A stretch of 63,886 bases of DNA, counting the filler, from Reticulomyxa filosa (Eukaryota; Protista; Foraminifera): the NCBI GenBank assembly GCA_000512085.1. It is 18 parts of 18 records of this genome, joined end to end, with 100 filler letters (N's around TTAATTAATTAA, not from the genome) between each part and the next. Parts side by side here need not be neighbours in the genome. Positions count along the whole stretch, not along the records: positions 49,776 to 53,216 come from ASPP01027270.1; positions 53,317 to 62,731 come from ASPP01027424.1; positions 62,832 to 63,886 come from ASPP01013605.1; 15 more parts are not named here. One strand, given 5' to 3'. Each line of letters starts with the position of its first letter. Within the stretch, counting starts at the first letter, position 1. The position numbers and the translations under genes are program-made. The notes under the pieces are model-generated. The model was not told where the DNA came from and made no database searches. It worked only from the letters and a program-made list of their open reading frames with translations. Positions 50,746 through 63,886 of this stretch are shown piece after piece.

Positions 50746-53700
50746 ATTTACTGTTTTGTCGAATAAGAAATGAAGTTTTTTTTTTTGAAACGTTTGATTA
50801 AAGAAAAGTAAGGTTGTTTGATTTGATTAAATGCAAGCATTAACGGGTGTGTTTTATTTTACTTAGTTGTTTAAAAAATTTGAAAAAACTGCATTCATTG
50901 TTTTAAAGAGTCGAAAATCATAATAAATAAGACATGTATCCAATATCAAAACATTTTAAGTATTGTGTTTTCTTCAATACTAGTTTTTTAAATTGGTTTT
51001 TTAATGTCTATTTGCTATTGTTTTTTGTATAGATCGAACACTCAAAACAGGACAAAATAAAAAGGACAATATTTTCTCTTAAAGCAGGATATGAATAATC
51101 AATAGTTCAAAAGAATGCAATCAGATGAAAAGATCCTTTTAATATTAGGAATAATTTATCTTAAGATAGCTCTCTCTAAGCTGTGGTTGTATGCAAAGCG
51201 AATATATTCTTCATGATATCATATTTTATATCCATTTACATCACTCTAGTTTTGCTGCGACTACACTAAACTGGTTTTTTAAATATTACGTCCAATTCTT
51301 TGTTGTTATTCAATATGCACAAATTCACTACATTGAAAATCTTTTCAAAAAAACATGAGACAGCGCTTATTTGTGTCCAAAATTTGTTTCAAAAAATATG
51401 TTGAGTTCATATTTTTTTTTAGTATTTAAAACAATAACATTGGTAATAATTTTAAAACAAAGGCTTACTTGATCATTGTTGAGATTGTCCAACTTTAGCA
51501 TTCATTTGACCATCTAAAAATATTCAAACGGCTCTTTTACATTATTTTAATTGAGTAGCCAAATAAGAAAAGTTCAGTGTTTACTTGAACATTGTCAAGA
51601 GACAGATTGCATTATGCTACAAATGATTAGGTAATGCTCACTTGTTAAAAAATAGATCAAAAAGTTCAACAGCGCTCACATCATACATGACATACGTATA
51701 TACATAAAAATGTAAATAGTCACATGGACAATGTTGTAAGAAAACAAACAACCTGACTTCAAATTGCACGACAACGTTCAAGGATTGTTTTACTCATGCA
51801 GGCAACAATATATCTTTGTCGTATTCCGACTGTGAGCAAGTGTAAACTTGAATACAGTTTTTAGTAATTCCAGCAACACGTCATAGCGATTTTCGGCGAC
51901 TTTTGTAGCGTAGGCAAACGCTTGCTTTAAATATTGATCCGATGCAATTCCAGTTTTGAAATCAAAGTCTCCAGGATTGAAAAAGCATTACCGTGCACTT
52001 TGGACATAGATTTTACGACCTTCATCTGCGGTATAGCTTCTCTTTTGGATAGCTATAATCTGTACATATTTGCATCAAAGTTTGATTTGCTAGATAAGCG
52101 AACGCAAAGCACATACAAAAAAAGAGTGTAAATAACACACAATGCAGTCGACAGCTGTATTGGACGAACGCATTAACAAATGGCGATTACATTTGAACAG
52201 TGCGTTCATTCCGTGATGTGCAGTTTCGCGTAGTAAATGATTGGAATGAGCCATATTTGGATAAAATCGAGCATATTCTCACGTGCACGAACGAGCGTTA
52301 GACAATGGAAGTGGCTTTTTTGTAATTCAGACTCGTTGAATACTTTACAATTTTGTGCACTTTTTATTTTTTTGTTTGTTTGTCTATCGTAACACAGACG
52401 AATAAATTTTGTTCGATTAACGTATAAATAAGTATCGAATTTTATAAAATTAGAAAATTGCTTTAACAAAATGACGGAATACAAGACTACTTGTAAAAGT
52501 CATTTGCAGTTGCCAGTCATCTCTTATCAATGGTGTAAACACATTTGTCCAACGCCGTTTGCGACACTTGCGAGTGATTGAAATTGTATTCTGATTTTTT
52601 GCAGGCGATTGACTTATTTGTGAAAATCATTGTCAATAAATGCAGGGTTGGACTGTTGACAATAGAAAGTATCTTCCATTTTGTTCATACACTTTTGATA
52701 TTGATCGATTTCAAAGTCACATCTTTTGGCATTTGTTCAAAAACATTGCACACGTGCAGATTCGTACGAGTTGGCTATTTCAAATAAGTATGCAGCATTT
52801 GATGATTTGGACAATTGGCTATTAACCAATTATCTTTTTTTGCATTTAAAAAAAATTATCAAATTGTCATTACTTCCAAAAAAATATATATCAAAAAATA
52901 AAACAATTCATGATTTGACATTTGTTTTTTTTTTCATCGAAAATAAAAACATTGTATTTGATTAGGACGAAAATAGACAAGGAAGCATTTACATAATGTC
53001 GTTCTAAAGATTTGCATTTGCGTTTGCAATCAAGTCATTGGAAACAAAACAAGTGACAAAAAAGGATTGACATAGAAAAGTGGAAACATTTACAAATACT
53101 TGTTCATAGTTTGATAATTTTCAATATATTCAACTGATTTACTCTTTATTTAGCGCACAACAAAAACTCATCTGTGTTTATGTAAAAAAAAGGAAAACAC
53201 TTCCAATCATTCAATGNNNNNNNNNNNNNNNNNNNNNNNNNNNNNNNNNNNNNNNNNNNNTTAATTAATTAANNNNNNNNNNNNNNNNNNNNNNNNNNNN
53301 NNNNNNNNNNNNNNNNACTTGAGTTGCACTTTTTTATTTCTTATCCAACAAATTTTGATGTTGTTACATGATATAAAACGTTTTTATGTGACGATTAATT
53401 TATTCAATTAATTGAAAAAATAGATAATATTCGTATGAAATAATTTGTCTTATGCAATTATCTTGTTCTTTGGTAATAACAATATTTTATAAAAGTAGAA
53501 TTTTTGTCAAATTTTCTACTCCAAAAAAATTGGAGTATTCTAAAAATTTAATAAAATCGAACTGGAACAGCAGAAATAAAAACGATAACTCGTAAAAAGT
53601 TTTTAAAACAAAAACACCTGGAAAAAGTTTTAATTCTAATATAAAATGCAAAAAATAACAAGTAGATTGCATGACTACTTTTTGAAAATTATTTCAATTA

Positions 53701-54430
53701 ACTTTACAAAAGCTTGTTGATATTTCCTCAAATACACCAATTCAATGAATTACAAATTAAATGTAATTTTGGTTTCAAAGACAAACAATTTGTAAAAAAA
53801 TGTGTCGTTTATGTACTCATTTCTGAACCTTTATATGTAGTGAAATTTATCTTTTCCAATTTTAGATTTTTTAAACAAAAAGGAGAATGGCAATATAAGC
53901 AATACCAGCATTCAAATTTGTTTAAATGAAAATAAAAGTGATGATCCCGAGTATTATTAAAGACATCTACTTCTAGCTGCAAATTTTCTCGATTGTGACT
54001 ACATTATATCTTTGATTTCAAAATTAATAATTATTGTTAATCAGTATCATATGAAGCACATTTTATTCTGCAATCACTCAAAAAATTTTTAAAAAATTGA
54101 TGTAAGTAAATTTCATAAATTGGTAACATTTTACAAAAGTATTTGATCAAATATACAAATCAATTGAACAATATTCTATTCTTTATTCATTTAGAAGCAA
54201 AAATTTTCGACAAAAATCAACAACACTTCTTGGTGTTTCTACTTTTATAGTTAAATCCAAAAATAAAACCATTTTTCATTTGCATTACGAAAGTTATACG
54301 TTGCCAAGAAGAAAATGGGCTATGAATTTATTTAAAAAACTAAAAGTTCAACATATTAGTGTGCATTTCTTTTTTACACAAATTCACTTCAGAAATTATT
54401 CAAAAGCATTTATTATTTATGTATATATTT

Positions 54431-56620
54431 TTATCCCCAAATTCGAATTTCGCAATCGGCAGAGCCTGTTACCATTGTATTTCCATTTGGAGAAATATCT
54501 ATACACTTTACAGCATGGAAATGCCCATTCAACGTTTGCATTTCTTTTCCTGATTCTACATTCCACAATCGAATAGTATTATCACTTGAACATGACACAA
54601 TTGTTTGGCCGTCTGGGAAATATTTTACATCATTTACATATTTAAAATGTCCTTTCAGTATTTTCCATTTTACTCCTGTTCCAATATTCCATATTCGAAT
54701 GGTATTATCCAATGAACATGATATAATAAATTGTTCATATGGAGAAAATTTTACACGCATTATACGATCAGAATGTCCTTTAAATTGTTTCAATCTTTCA
54801 CCAGATTCTACATTCCACAAACAAATTGTTTTATCATTTGATGATGATACAATCATTTTACCATTTGATGAAAATTGTGTACTTAATACATCTTTTGAAT
54901 GTCCTAAAAATTGTTTGATTTCTATTCCGGAATGTAAATCCCATAATCGTATTGTATTATCTTGCGAACCTGACACAATACTTTTTCCATCTGGAGAAAA
55001 GTTTACATCCCATATCTTTTTGGAATAACGTTTAAATGTCATTACTTCATTTTCTGTATTAATATCCCATAATCGAATTGTTCCATCTCCTGAGCATGAA
55101 ACAACAGTATTTCCATCTGGTGAAAATCTTGCAGCAAAGACTCGATCGGTATGTCCTCTGAAAATTTGAAGTTGCTTTCCTGATGCAGCATCCCATATTC
55201 GAATAGTGTGATCATATGACGCCGAAACAATCTTGCGGCCATCTGCAGAAAATATCACACTACTCACTGTGTCGTCATGTGCTTGTAAAGTCATCAATAA
55301 TTTAAAACCTCTGATCTATTTTAAAAAATACAAAGTATATAAATGATAGATAATATACATTTTTTTATTTATATTTAAAAAAAAAAAAAAAGCATTACTT
55401 AACATATTTCATAATAATTTTGTTAAAGTCATTAATCCATCCTAATTTTATCTTTAAAGTTCGAATCCAATATTGGATAACAAGTTTTATTTCATTTATT
55501 GCCTGTTTATTGTTTGTTCATCGGTTTTATACAATAAAATTGATTTGTGTTTGATTACAAAAAAAAAGATTGAAATGAATATTACCAACTGTGAAGAATT
55601 CCTCAATGCATTTACTTTTGTCTTCATATGAGTTGATAGTGGAATCATCTTATTATTATTTCCTCCAATGATATGTATATAAGTTTTGTCTTCATTCAAT
55701 ATCCCAAAACAGTCACACGATGGAATAGGTAAAGTATATTCAAGCTTAATCCATGTATTTTCTGATATTGAATAACTGTGCACAATACTATTGACAGAGC
55801 CCCGATCATATCCACCGAAGAGCAAGATGATATCATTGATACGCACATATGCATATCTACAGAATAGTTCAACATCATTACAAAAGGTTAATTGACAAAA
55901 TCGAAAAGTGTTGTTGTCTTCATTATATTCAATTGAAAATCCTGTAAATGTATAAAATGACAGCATTTCAATTTTTTTTTTCTTTTTGCTATTATCTTTT
56001 TCTTCATTTGTTTTCATTTCTTGCCTATTTTCTGATCTTGATATAAAGCAATTACACTGTGAACTATGAGTTGGTAATTGATCATGTTTAATAAATTGAA
56101 ATTTATTTAAATCAAATACACTAATATTACTAAAAAGATAAGCTATAAATAACAAATGATTGTTACTTCCACCAATCACTGCACGCACTCCTTCATAATA
56201 ATCACCATCTCTTCCAAGGATAATTGGATGATTGTTATTGTCTGTAAAAGGCTTCCATTGATTGAATTTTTTTGATTTTTTTGATCTCTTTGATTTATTT
56301 ATTTCATTGTCATTATTCCAAATACTTACATATTTCATTACTAATGTATGCTTGCTTCTTCCACCAAAAGACAACAAAGTAATTTGATCATTTTTGTTGC
56401 TGCTGTTGTCCATAAGTTTTACTACACAGTGTCTTTCTAAATAAACATCCCTTGGATACTCACAGATAAACTTGTATTCGTTTTTTATTGTGTGATAAGA
56501 ATAACAGTTTCTTTGTTTATACCCCCCACAAATGAGGATTTCGTGTTTATGTAGCACACATTGAGTTTGAGAAAATGGAGTGGGCAATTTCTTCAAACTT
56601 TGAAAGATTTGATTACTCAT
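54431..56620 (-). CDS. Kelch-like propeller + linker + WD40 propeller fusion protein (gene A)
   Basis: Exon 1 (56620 to about 55587; ILICGG, LLSFGG, AVIGG, LLFGG, HIIGG), exon 2 (55404-55502) and exon 3 (about 55316-54431, 7 WD40 repeats) join in phase 0. Confidence 0.85.
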
Positions 56621-57344
56621 GTTGTTAATGTTGAACTATTATTTAGGTTTAATTTTTAAAAAATGGACAAAAGAAAAAAGTATCCCTTTTCAAAAAATGA
56701 AAAGACAATAATTTTCTATTTAAAAATGATAAATTGAAAGTCGCTTTAATTGAAAAAAACTTGATTGATAGTATCACAATTGTACTATTGCAATGATTGG
56801 ATCACTTTTTAAAAGGACAGTAAATTATTTAAGCAAATTATTGTTCTAAGTTGTAAATAAATAAAGACTAAAAGATCTATCCGCTATTTGATTGTATTTA
56901 CTTACAGTGAAAACAACTGTCTCTCCTCTTGAAAAATTTTTTAAAATAAAATCTTTTTTTCCTCCCTCCCCTGCCTCAACAGTCGATTCCTTTTTCTTTT
57001 TTTTTTGGCACAACGAAATAATTAACCTTTTACCAACACTTTTGTTTCTTTACCGTTGTATTTTGTTTAACAAGAAAGAAATAATCCAAAGAAATTTAAC
57101 AGCTTATGAAAAACAGTAATAACATTTTTTAGCAATCAAATAACCAACAAATCCGCAAATCATTATATTCATCTAATGAAACAAGATTCGAATAAGTGAC
57201 TTTTAAAAAAATTTCAAAATTATGACTATTTATTGAAATAAAAACATTCAATCATTTCCAAGTGGATTGTCAATTTTTCATGTCCAAATATTCGTCTAAA
57301 AAAAGGGATTGTCAGAACACTTCAAAAAAAAAAACACATCTGAC

Positions 57345-58193
57345 ATGTCTACTCAACTCAACAACATCTTTCAAACTTTGCCTGAATTACCCAAGCCATT
57401 TACATCTTTACAATGTATTTTGTTCAAGGATGAACTCCTTGTTTGTGGGGGCTTTCAAACTAACGACTGTTATTCCTATCATACTCTGAAAAAACAATAT
57501 AAATATATCTGCTCTTATCCTAATGATATTGAATTACGTGGACATTGTGTTGTACAATTGATTCATTCACAAACCAATTCCAATGAAATTCATTTATTAT
57601 CATTTGGAGGACAAGTTAAAAATAAAATGAAACAAACATTTTCAATGAAATATAAAAGTGTATGGGAAATTAGTGACTCTAAATCTGAACATCATTCCAT
57701 TGATCAATCATTTAATATTTGGATAAGACATAATCAAGACACCAACATTGGAAAATTAGAAGATGATTTAGAAGGATTGCGTGGATTGATTGGTGGAATA
57801 AATAATGATCTATTGTTCATTACACATTATCCAGAAAATATTGAAGTAATTGATTTGAAAACAATGAAGCCATTGACTGGAATCAAAAATAACATTATTC
57901 CGAGAGAAAAACATACATTTGGAATTGATTATCATTGTTTTGTACCATTGGCAATGAATAATGAAAAATTAATCAATCATTTCATATTGTTTTGTCGAAA
58001 CACAGGATTATTAATCAAATATGACGAACAAAACAAAACATTTCATTATGAAAAATTACCAATTTGTACTGCTTTAAATGATTTCATTGCTTGTTCATTT
58101 GTATATTTTTACGACTTTATATTTTTATTTGGAGGAATAAATAGCAAATTTGAAATAACAAAGAATTTGTATAAATATTCAATGAAAGAATGA
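57345..58193 (+). CDS. Kelch-like repeat protein (appears C-terminally truncated)
   Basis: FQTLPELPKPF...LLVCGG...CYSYHTLKKQYKYICSYP...LLSFGG...LIGG...FLFGG. Paralogous to the flanking Kelch exons but stops before the last blade. Confidence 0.75.
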   Translation: MSTQLNNIFQTLPELPKPFTSLQCILFKDELLVCGGFQTNDCYSYHTLKKQYKYICSYPNDIELRGHCVVQLIHSQTNSNEIHLLSFGGQVKNKMKQTFSMKYKSVWEISDSKSEHHSIDQSFNIWIRHNQDTNIGKLEDDLEGLRGLIGGINNDLLFITHYPENIEVIDLKTMKPLTGIKNNIIPREKHTFGIDYHCFVPLAMNNEKLINHFILFCRNTGLLIKYDEQNKTFHYEKLPICTALNDFIACSFVYFYDFIFLFGGINSKFEITKNLYKYSMKE

Positions 58194-59396
58194 CCACTCG
58201 TAACAATGAAAAACAACTCTCCTTGCAATTGATTTTGGTAAAATTCATCCGCCTTTCAGAAAATTAGCTGTCATTAAGTAGTTATTGTATCATGTGTTTG
58301 CATAATATCAATATGATTATACCATTGAATACTCCTATTGAATTCCAATGATTATTTGTTTGAATTTCCAAGTTGTAATGATTTTATTTTTAATTTATTT
58401 TCATCAAATAACATTATTGTTCAATGTTCATAATCAAATATACTAAAATAATCTTTTCATTTTCCATTCATAACATACACACTTTATTTTCAATCCAATA
58501 TCTTGTTTTATATCTATTTAAAATAATTGGTTATATCATTTCTTTTATTAAAAGCAACAAAAAACGCATCATGATTTGTTCATTGATCCAATAACGATAA
58601 CAATTTCACAGATGTAATAATTGAATATGATTATATTAACAATACAAATTATCCTTTTTTGAAACCAATGAATTGTAACCACATTTTCATATTTACGAAT
58701 ATTTTTTCCAAATCTGCACATAATGTATGACATTTTAGAAATAAATAGTTGTATAAAGCTTGTTTATGAATTTGACGATATTTGATATGTTTATGATATT
58801 TCAAAATATTCCACAAAATATGCAAACACATTTCTCTAAATATTTTTAATTCATTTCCTTCTTTCGACTTGTTATTTTACAAATTTTATTTATATATTTT
58901 ATATTTTATTGTTGTTTTTTTGATCGTATTTCCAAAATTTTGGAATGAAACCATCAAATGATGCTGGTGTTGTAAATTTATACTGTAGAAAATATGAAGC
59001 AATACGATGTTTTTGTGTATTAAAAAAAAGAAAAAAAATGTATTATTACGTGTTCTGTTATCCAAGTTAAGAGCGCCTTTGTCCCTTCAACATTTCCGTT
59101 ATACACATTACATGTTTTTAAAAGGATATCTTTATCTATCTTGGGAAATGTTTGTTGAGTTGTTCGAGCATGATGATGAAGTTAAACCTTTTTTTTGATT
59201 TAGAACTTCTAAAATTGAAACCGACCTTTTTTTTACGTATATGAAAAGTAGATTTAAAAAAATTGTCCAAATATTTCAAAGTTCGAGATCATGTAACGAA
59301 AAGTCTCACTTCAGAAAATTATATTCAAAAAGAACACAATCAAAAAATCACTTCAAAGTCCCTCATTTTTTAAAAAATAATTTATTACTTTTATGA

Positions 59397-61677
59397 TTAT
59401 AACGATCCCCAGATTTGAATTTTACAATCACTAGAGCCTGATATAATTTTATTCCCATTTCGAGAAACATCCACACATTTCGCATAATCAGAATGTCCGC
59501 TCAACATTTGTATTTTCTTCCCTGATTCTACGCTCCACAATATAATTGTTCTATCTCTTGAACATGATACAATTGTCTGACCATCTGGAAAATATTGTAC
59601 ATCTTCCACAATATCTACATGTTTTCCCAATATTTTCCCTTCTGTTCCTGTTTTAATATCCCATATTCGAACTGTATTATCCAATGAACAGGATACAATA
59701 AATTTATTATCTGGAGAAAATCTTGCACGTGTTACACCAGCAAAATGTCCTTTGAATCGTTTCAATCTTTCACCAGATTCTACAGTTCCATATATTAATT
59801 TTTTTATCGTATGATGACGATAAAATCATTTTACCATCTGATGAAAATTGTATGCTCAATACATCTTCTAAATGTCCTAATAATCGATTTATTTCTATTC
59901 CAGAATGTATATCCCATAATCTTATCGTTTTATCTTTAAAACCTGATACAATATATCTTCCATCTGGAGAAAAGTCTACATCCCATATCGGACCAAAATT
60001 TTTTTCTAATTTCATTATTTCAGTTCCTGTATTAACATCCCATAATCGAATTGTTCCATCTTGTGAACATGAAACTACAGTATGCTCATCTGGTGAAAAT
60101 TTCGCAGTAAAGACAGAACCAGTATGTCCTCTGAAAATTTGAAGTTGTTTTCCAGATGAAACATCCCATATTCGAACAGTATGATCACATGACGCCGAGA
60201 CAATCTTGCGACAATCTGCAGAAAATCTTACGCTTCTCACTATTTCATCATGTCCTTGTAAAACCATTAATAATTGATAGCCTTTTACCTATTTGAAATA
60301 TGCAAATTATATAATAACAATCATTTATATGCAAAAGAAATATTACTTAACATAGTTGGCAACAATTTTGTTAAACTCGTTGATCCATCCTAATTTTATC
60401 TTTAAAACTCGAAGCCAATGTTGAATAATAAATTTTATTTTATTTATTGGCTGTTCATTATTTATTGTTTATGTACTATAATTTATTTCTATTTTGATCA
60501 CCAAAAAAAAAATAAATAAACAAATCATTACCAACTGCGAAGCATCCCATACATACACTTTTGCATTCATATGAGTTAATACTGTGGTATTTTTATCATT
60601 ACTTCCTCCAATGATGTGTATATTATTGTCACTCAGTATTGCAACACAATTTAATAAAGGACTGTGTAAAGTGCTTTGAGATGTTATCCATTTATCTTCT
60701 TTAATTAAATACTTGTGCACTGATTTTGAAAAAATCCATTTATTGTTATTCCAACCATATCCACCAAAGAACAAAATGACACCATTGATACACACATATG
60801 CATATCTATGGAGTGGTGCAATATCATTACAAATCGATCGTTGATAAAATTGAAAAATGTTTTTACCTTTCTCATATCTAATTGATAATCCTGTCTTTTT
60901 ACAAAACAACAGCATTTGATAATATTGTGTATTTGCATTTATCATTTCTTGCCCTTGTATATTTTCTGAATTTAATATAAAGCAATGATACCCTATTTGA
61001 TTACTAGCTGGTAAAGTATCATGTTTAATAAATTGAAATGTATTTAAATTAAATACACTAATATTCTTTGGATAATAAGTGATAAATAACAAATAATTGT
61101 CTTTTCCACCAATCACTGCACGCACTCCCTCATAATTGTGATTTTTCTCTCTTCCAATGATAATTGGGCGATTGTGATTGTCTGTGAAAGGAACCCATTT
61201 ATTGTAATTGTGCAATTTATTTGATTTGTTTGATTTATTACTCCAAACACTTACATATTTCATCACCAATGTATGTCTTTTTGTATATGGAGACCCACCA
61301 AAAGATAATAAAGTGATTTCATTACTGTTGTTATCTGCTAGTTTTACTACGCAGTGTCCACTTAATTTAACATCGCTTGGATACTTACAGATAAACTTGT
61401 ATTCGTTTTTGCGTTTATGATAAGAATAACAAGATCTTTTGTTCCAACCTCCACAAATGAGGATTTCGCGTTTGTGTAGCACACATTGAGATAGAACAAG
61501 TGGAATAGGCAACTCCTTCAAACTTTGAAAGGAAGTCAAATAAGTGAAATGTGGAATTTGCTCTTGTGAATAGTACTGTAAAATCCAATCTTTGTTAAAG
61601 CAGGACTGCTCAAATGAAAGCAAAGTTGCTTCAGTTTTTACTTCATCGTTTGAGTTTTCTTCAATTGTTTGATTCAT
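59397..61677 (-). CDS. Kelch-like + linker + WD40 fusion protein (gene B; 1-nt frameshift at about 59785, possible pseudogene)
   Basis: Same exon structure as gene A (linker exon 60352-60450). The WD40 exon is split into 59770-60267 and 59397-59765 by one extra base. Confidence 0.8.
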
Positions 61678-62616
61678 TACCTTTTTTTTGCTTTATTAAT
61701 AATCAATTGAAACTTCAAAAAAAGTTTAATTTTTACCAAAAAAAAAACGTTTTTTAGTTTTTCAAAAATGAATAGAGATTGAAGGAATTAGAAAATACCG
61801 GTTGAACTTTCTTGTGTAACAAAAAAACTATTCAAATCATTGTTTTAAAAATCATTTGTTTGCAAAGTATTCTCTTAAGAAATGAAAATCGTAAACCTGT
61901 TAAATTGTATGATAAGAGATTTCAAATAGATGCAATAAATGTGATTAACACAAAATCTCACATTATTTTAACATTTTAAAAAACATTTAATGCAATGGAA
62001 GTGTGACAAATTTCAATACATAATAATAAACTTATGGGAAAATTTATCTATATTAACTGCCAAAAGTCACGACCAAATACTTTAATATCGCCAGTTGGGA
62101 TATCTCCCGCACGGTGCAGCCTTTACGGTAGAATAGAGGATGTTTTGTGACGGATAAAATTCATAACTATCAGTCAACGTTCCTGAATTCAACAGAAACT
62201 GATCAATATCCAGGATTGTGCATAAATTATTCAAACGAAAATTAGTTTTTAAATAAAATTTAAATTAAGATTAAAAGTTGAACTGATTCAACATAACACT
62301 TTAGATTTACCAAACCTAGGTAAATAAGCAACACATCATCTATAAAAATCAATAAGCTGGGGGATTTGTATCATGTACATTTTTCATTCCAATTAAATCA
62401 GTCGCATTGAAAGCTGTATAATATTAAGATGTCAAATGCAAATACGTACATCTTTAACGAGAGTTTATTGCTTTTTTCTTGCTTTGAAAAAGCACAGATG
62501 AGAACGAAAGCAAATGACTGAAGCGCATCTTGACTGATACAAATAGTGATACCCTACGTTATATTTATACAGTATGTTGCAAAGAAAACTGAACGCCTAA
62601 AACTATATCATATGAT

Positions 62617-62718
62617 GATAATTGATTTTCTCAATGAAAAATCAACATTTAGACCTAATTTTTTTTTAAAAAATATCTACAAATCTTGTAGTTTTTAAAT
62701 ATGAAATTGGTTTTTTAA
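62617..62718 (+). repeat. Dispersed AT-rich repeat, copy at contig end
   Basis: gataattgattttctcaatgaaaaatcaacatttagacctaatttttttttaaaaaatatctacaaatcttgtagtttttaaatat matches 30456-30660 and 147-205(-). Confidence 0.7.
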
Positions 62719-62893
62719 TAACTTTTTTTTTNNNNNNNNNNNNNNNNNNNNNNNNNNNNNNNNNNNNNNNNNNNNTTAATTAATTAANNNNNNNNNNNNN
62801 NNNNNNNNNNNNNNNNNNNNNNNNNNNNNNNATCAGCAAAAATAAACTTTTTGATAACATTAAAAAAAAAAAAAAAAAATAAACATACAAATA

Positions 62894-63406
62894 TTATACC
62901 CTGTCTCTTTTGGCAATCAATGGCAAGCAAGGTTTTTTAGCATACAATTGATGCACGACATCTGCCTTTGGGAAAGTGGGATGCTTTTCGAAAGGAAAGT
63001 GAGTGATTCGATCTCGATAACATATGTCGGCGTCATCGAATTGCAAGCGCTGCCATCGAAGTCCACGCTTTTGTGCTTCGAGCGACATGTCGCAGAACTG
63101 ACGTTGAACGATTTGGTCAAAGGCGCGACAATTGAAGTAGATATGTCGGAAATAGCTCTCGGCAAGGAAAGAGGCAATTTCAAAGGCGACCAGCCAATTC
63201 ATCCACGACACGCTGTTCATCAGACCCGCAGCCCATACTTCGCAATCGGGGACACTCTTGAACACAAACAACTTGGATGGCATGGCAGCCTCGAGACGAT
63301 ACACGACTTGGTCGGGTTCGATCCAACGTTCGGAGTGCGCATGAGCATTTCTCCAATAGTTGAACGGGATAGGATGAACATGAGCATTGTCCTTCTTCTC
63401 CTCCTT

Positions 63407-63438
<32 letters not shown>

Positions 63439-63739
63439 CGTTGTCGTCCTCCTTCTTCTTCTTCTTCTTCTTCTCTTTGATCTCGTCCACTAACATCAAA
63501 TAATACTTCTTGGGCCGCGACACACTGACGCCATCCCATCGCTGACGCTTTCGAGGTCTTCTGCCCATATTCCGCTGCTCGATTTTTGTGATGACTGCGT
63601 TGGTTCGTCTTTTGTACTCCTCTTGTCTCGAGTAATGCGTAAAGTACTCAAAGTTCACCTTGTCTCCGATGTTGAATTCGTTCACCTCACAGGACAGCAC
63701 CATGTTCCATGACCACACTTCTTCTCCGTCTTCCACCAT
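62894..63739 (-). CDS. Hypothetical protein with poly-K and (DN)n tracts
   Basis: 281-codon ORF, markedly GC-richer than its flanks, with NLS-like RRPRKRQR. No family recognised. Confidence 0.55.
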
Positions 63740-63886
63740 AATATCTTCGCCTCGATATGTTTTCTATTTTCGATTGATTTTTATTTCATTGATTGATTGA
63801 TTAATTGATTGATTAATTAATTGATTGGTTGCAAAACATAAGTCACCCAATTTTTATTTTAATTTTTTTTTTTTTTTTTTTTTTTT

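Noticed and set aside
51500-52830. Coding-like decayed minus-strand sequence
   Set aside because: Multiple stops and no recognisable motif, so no product can be assigned.
58194-58990. Decayed minus-strand coding-like fragment abutting the truncated Kelch gene
   Set aside because: Heavily interrupted; the family cannot be identified with confidence.
2465-62831. Regularly recurring TTAATTAATTAA flanked by Ns as a CRISPR-like or biological repeat
   Set aside because: It is a fixed-length artificial concatenation linker. ORFs running into X or LIN are artefacts.
1-63886. tRNA, rRNA, transposase or reverse-transcriptase genes
   Set aside because: None recognised by eye. tRNAscan-SE, Infernal and HMM searches would be needed to exclude them formally.

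Overview
This window is not one locus. It is 18 short, unrelated contigs joined by 17 identical 100-bp artificial linkers (N44-TTAATTAATTAA-N44), so adjacency across a linker has no biological meaning. The DNA is AT-rich, intron-rich and eukaryotic, read in the standard code. Many reading frames break at homopolymer runs, which looks like pyrosequencing error. The gene families seen (expanded WD40, Kelch and HEAT repeats, EFL-type elongation factor fragments, many decayed paralogues) suggest a foraminiferan such as Reticulomyxa filosa; this is my inference, not a verified assignment. Recognisable genes: a >10-kb partial RNF213/mysterin-like multi-AAA+ ATPase, an HSPA12-like gene, a divergent Hsp70, MSH5, an 8-exon Rab1-like GTPase, a transmembrane-RGS protein, a Pop5/Rpp14-like protein, and WD40 and Kelch-WD40 genes. 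Pseudogenes or fragments: actin fused to EFL, formin FH2, ALIX/BRO1 and HEAT repeats. The most interesting signals are: (1) two SAM-like domains inside the RNF213-like stalk, one hidden by a frameshift; (2) a RelA/SpoT-like nucleotidyltransferase domain joined to NACHT-type helical segments, i.e. the relic of an NLR-like receptor, missed by the ORF track; (3) a conserved 99-nt phase-0 exon placed before WD40 propellers at three loci; (4) a perfectly conserved, structured 71-bp element inside otherwise diverged repeats. All protein assignments come from motif recognition by eye, without database searches.
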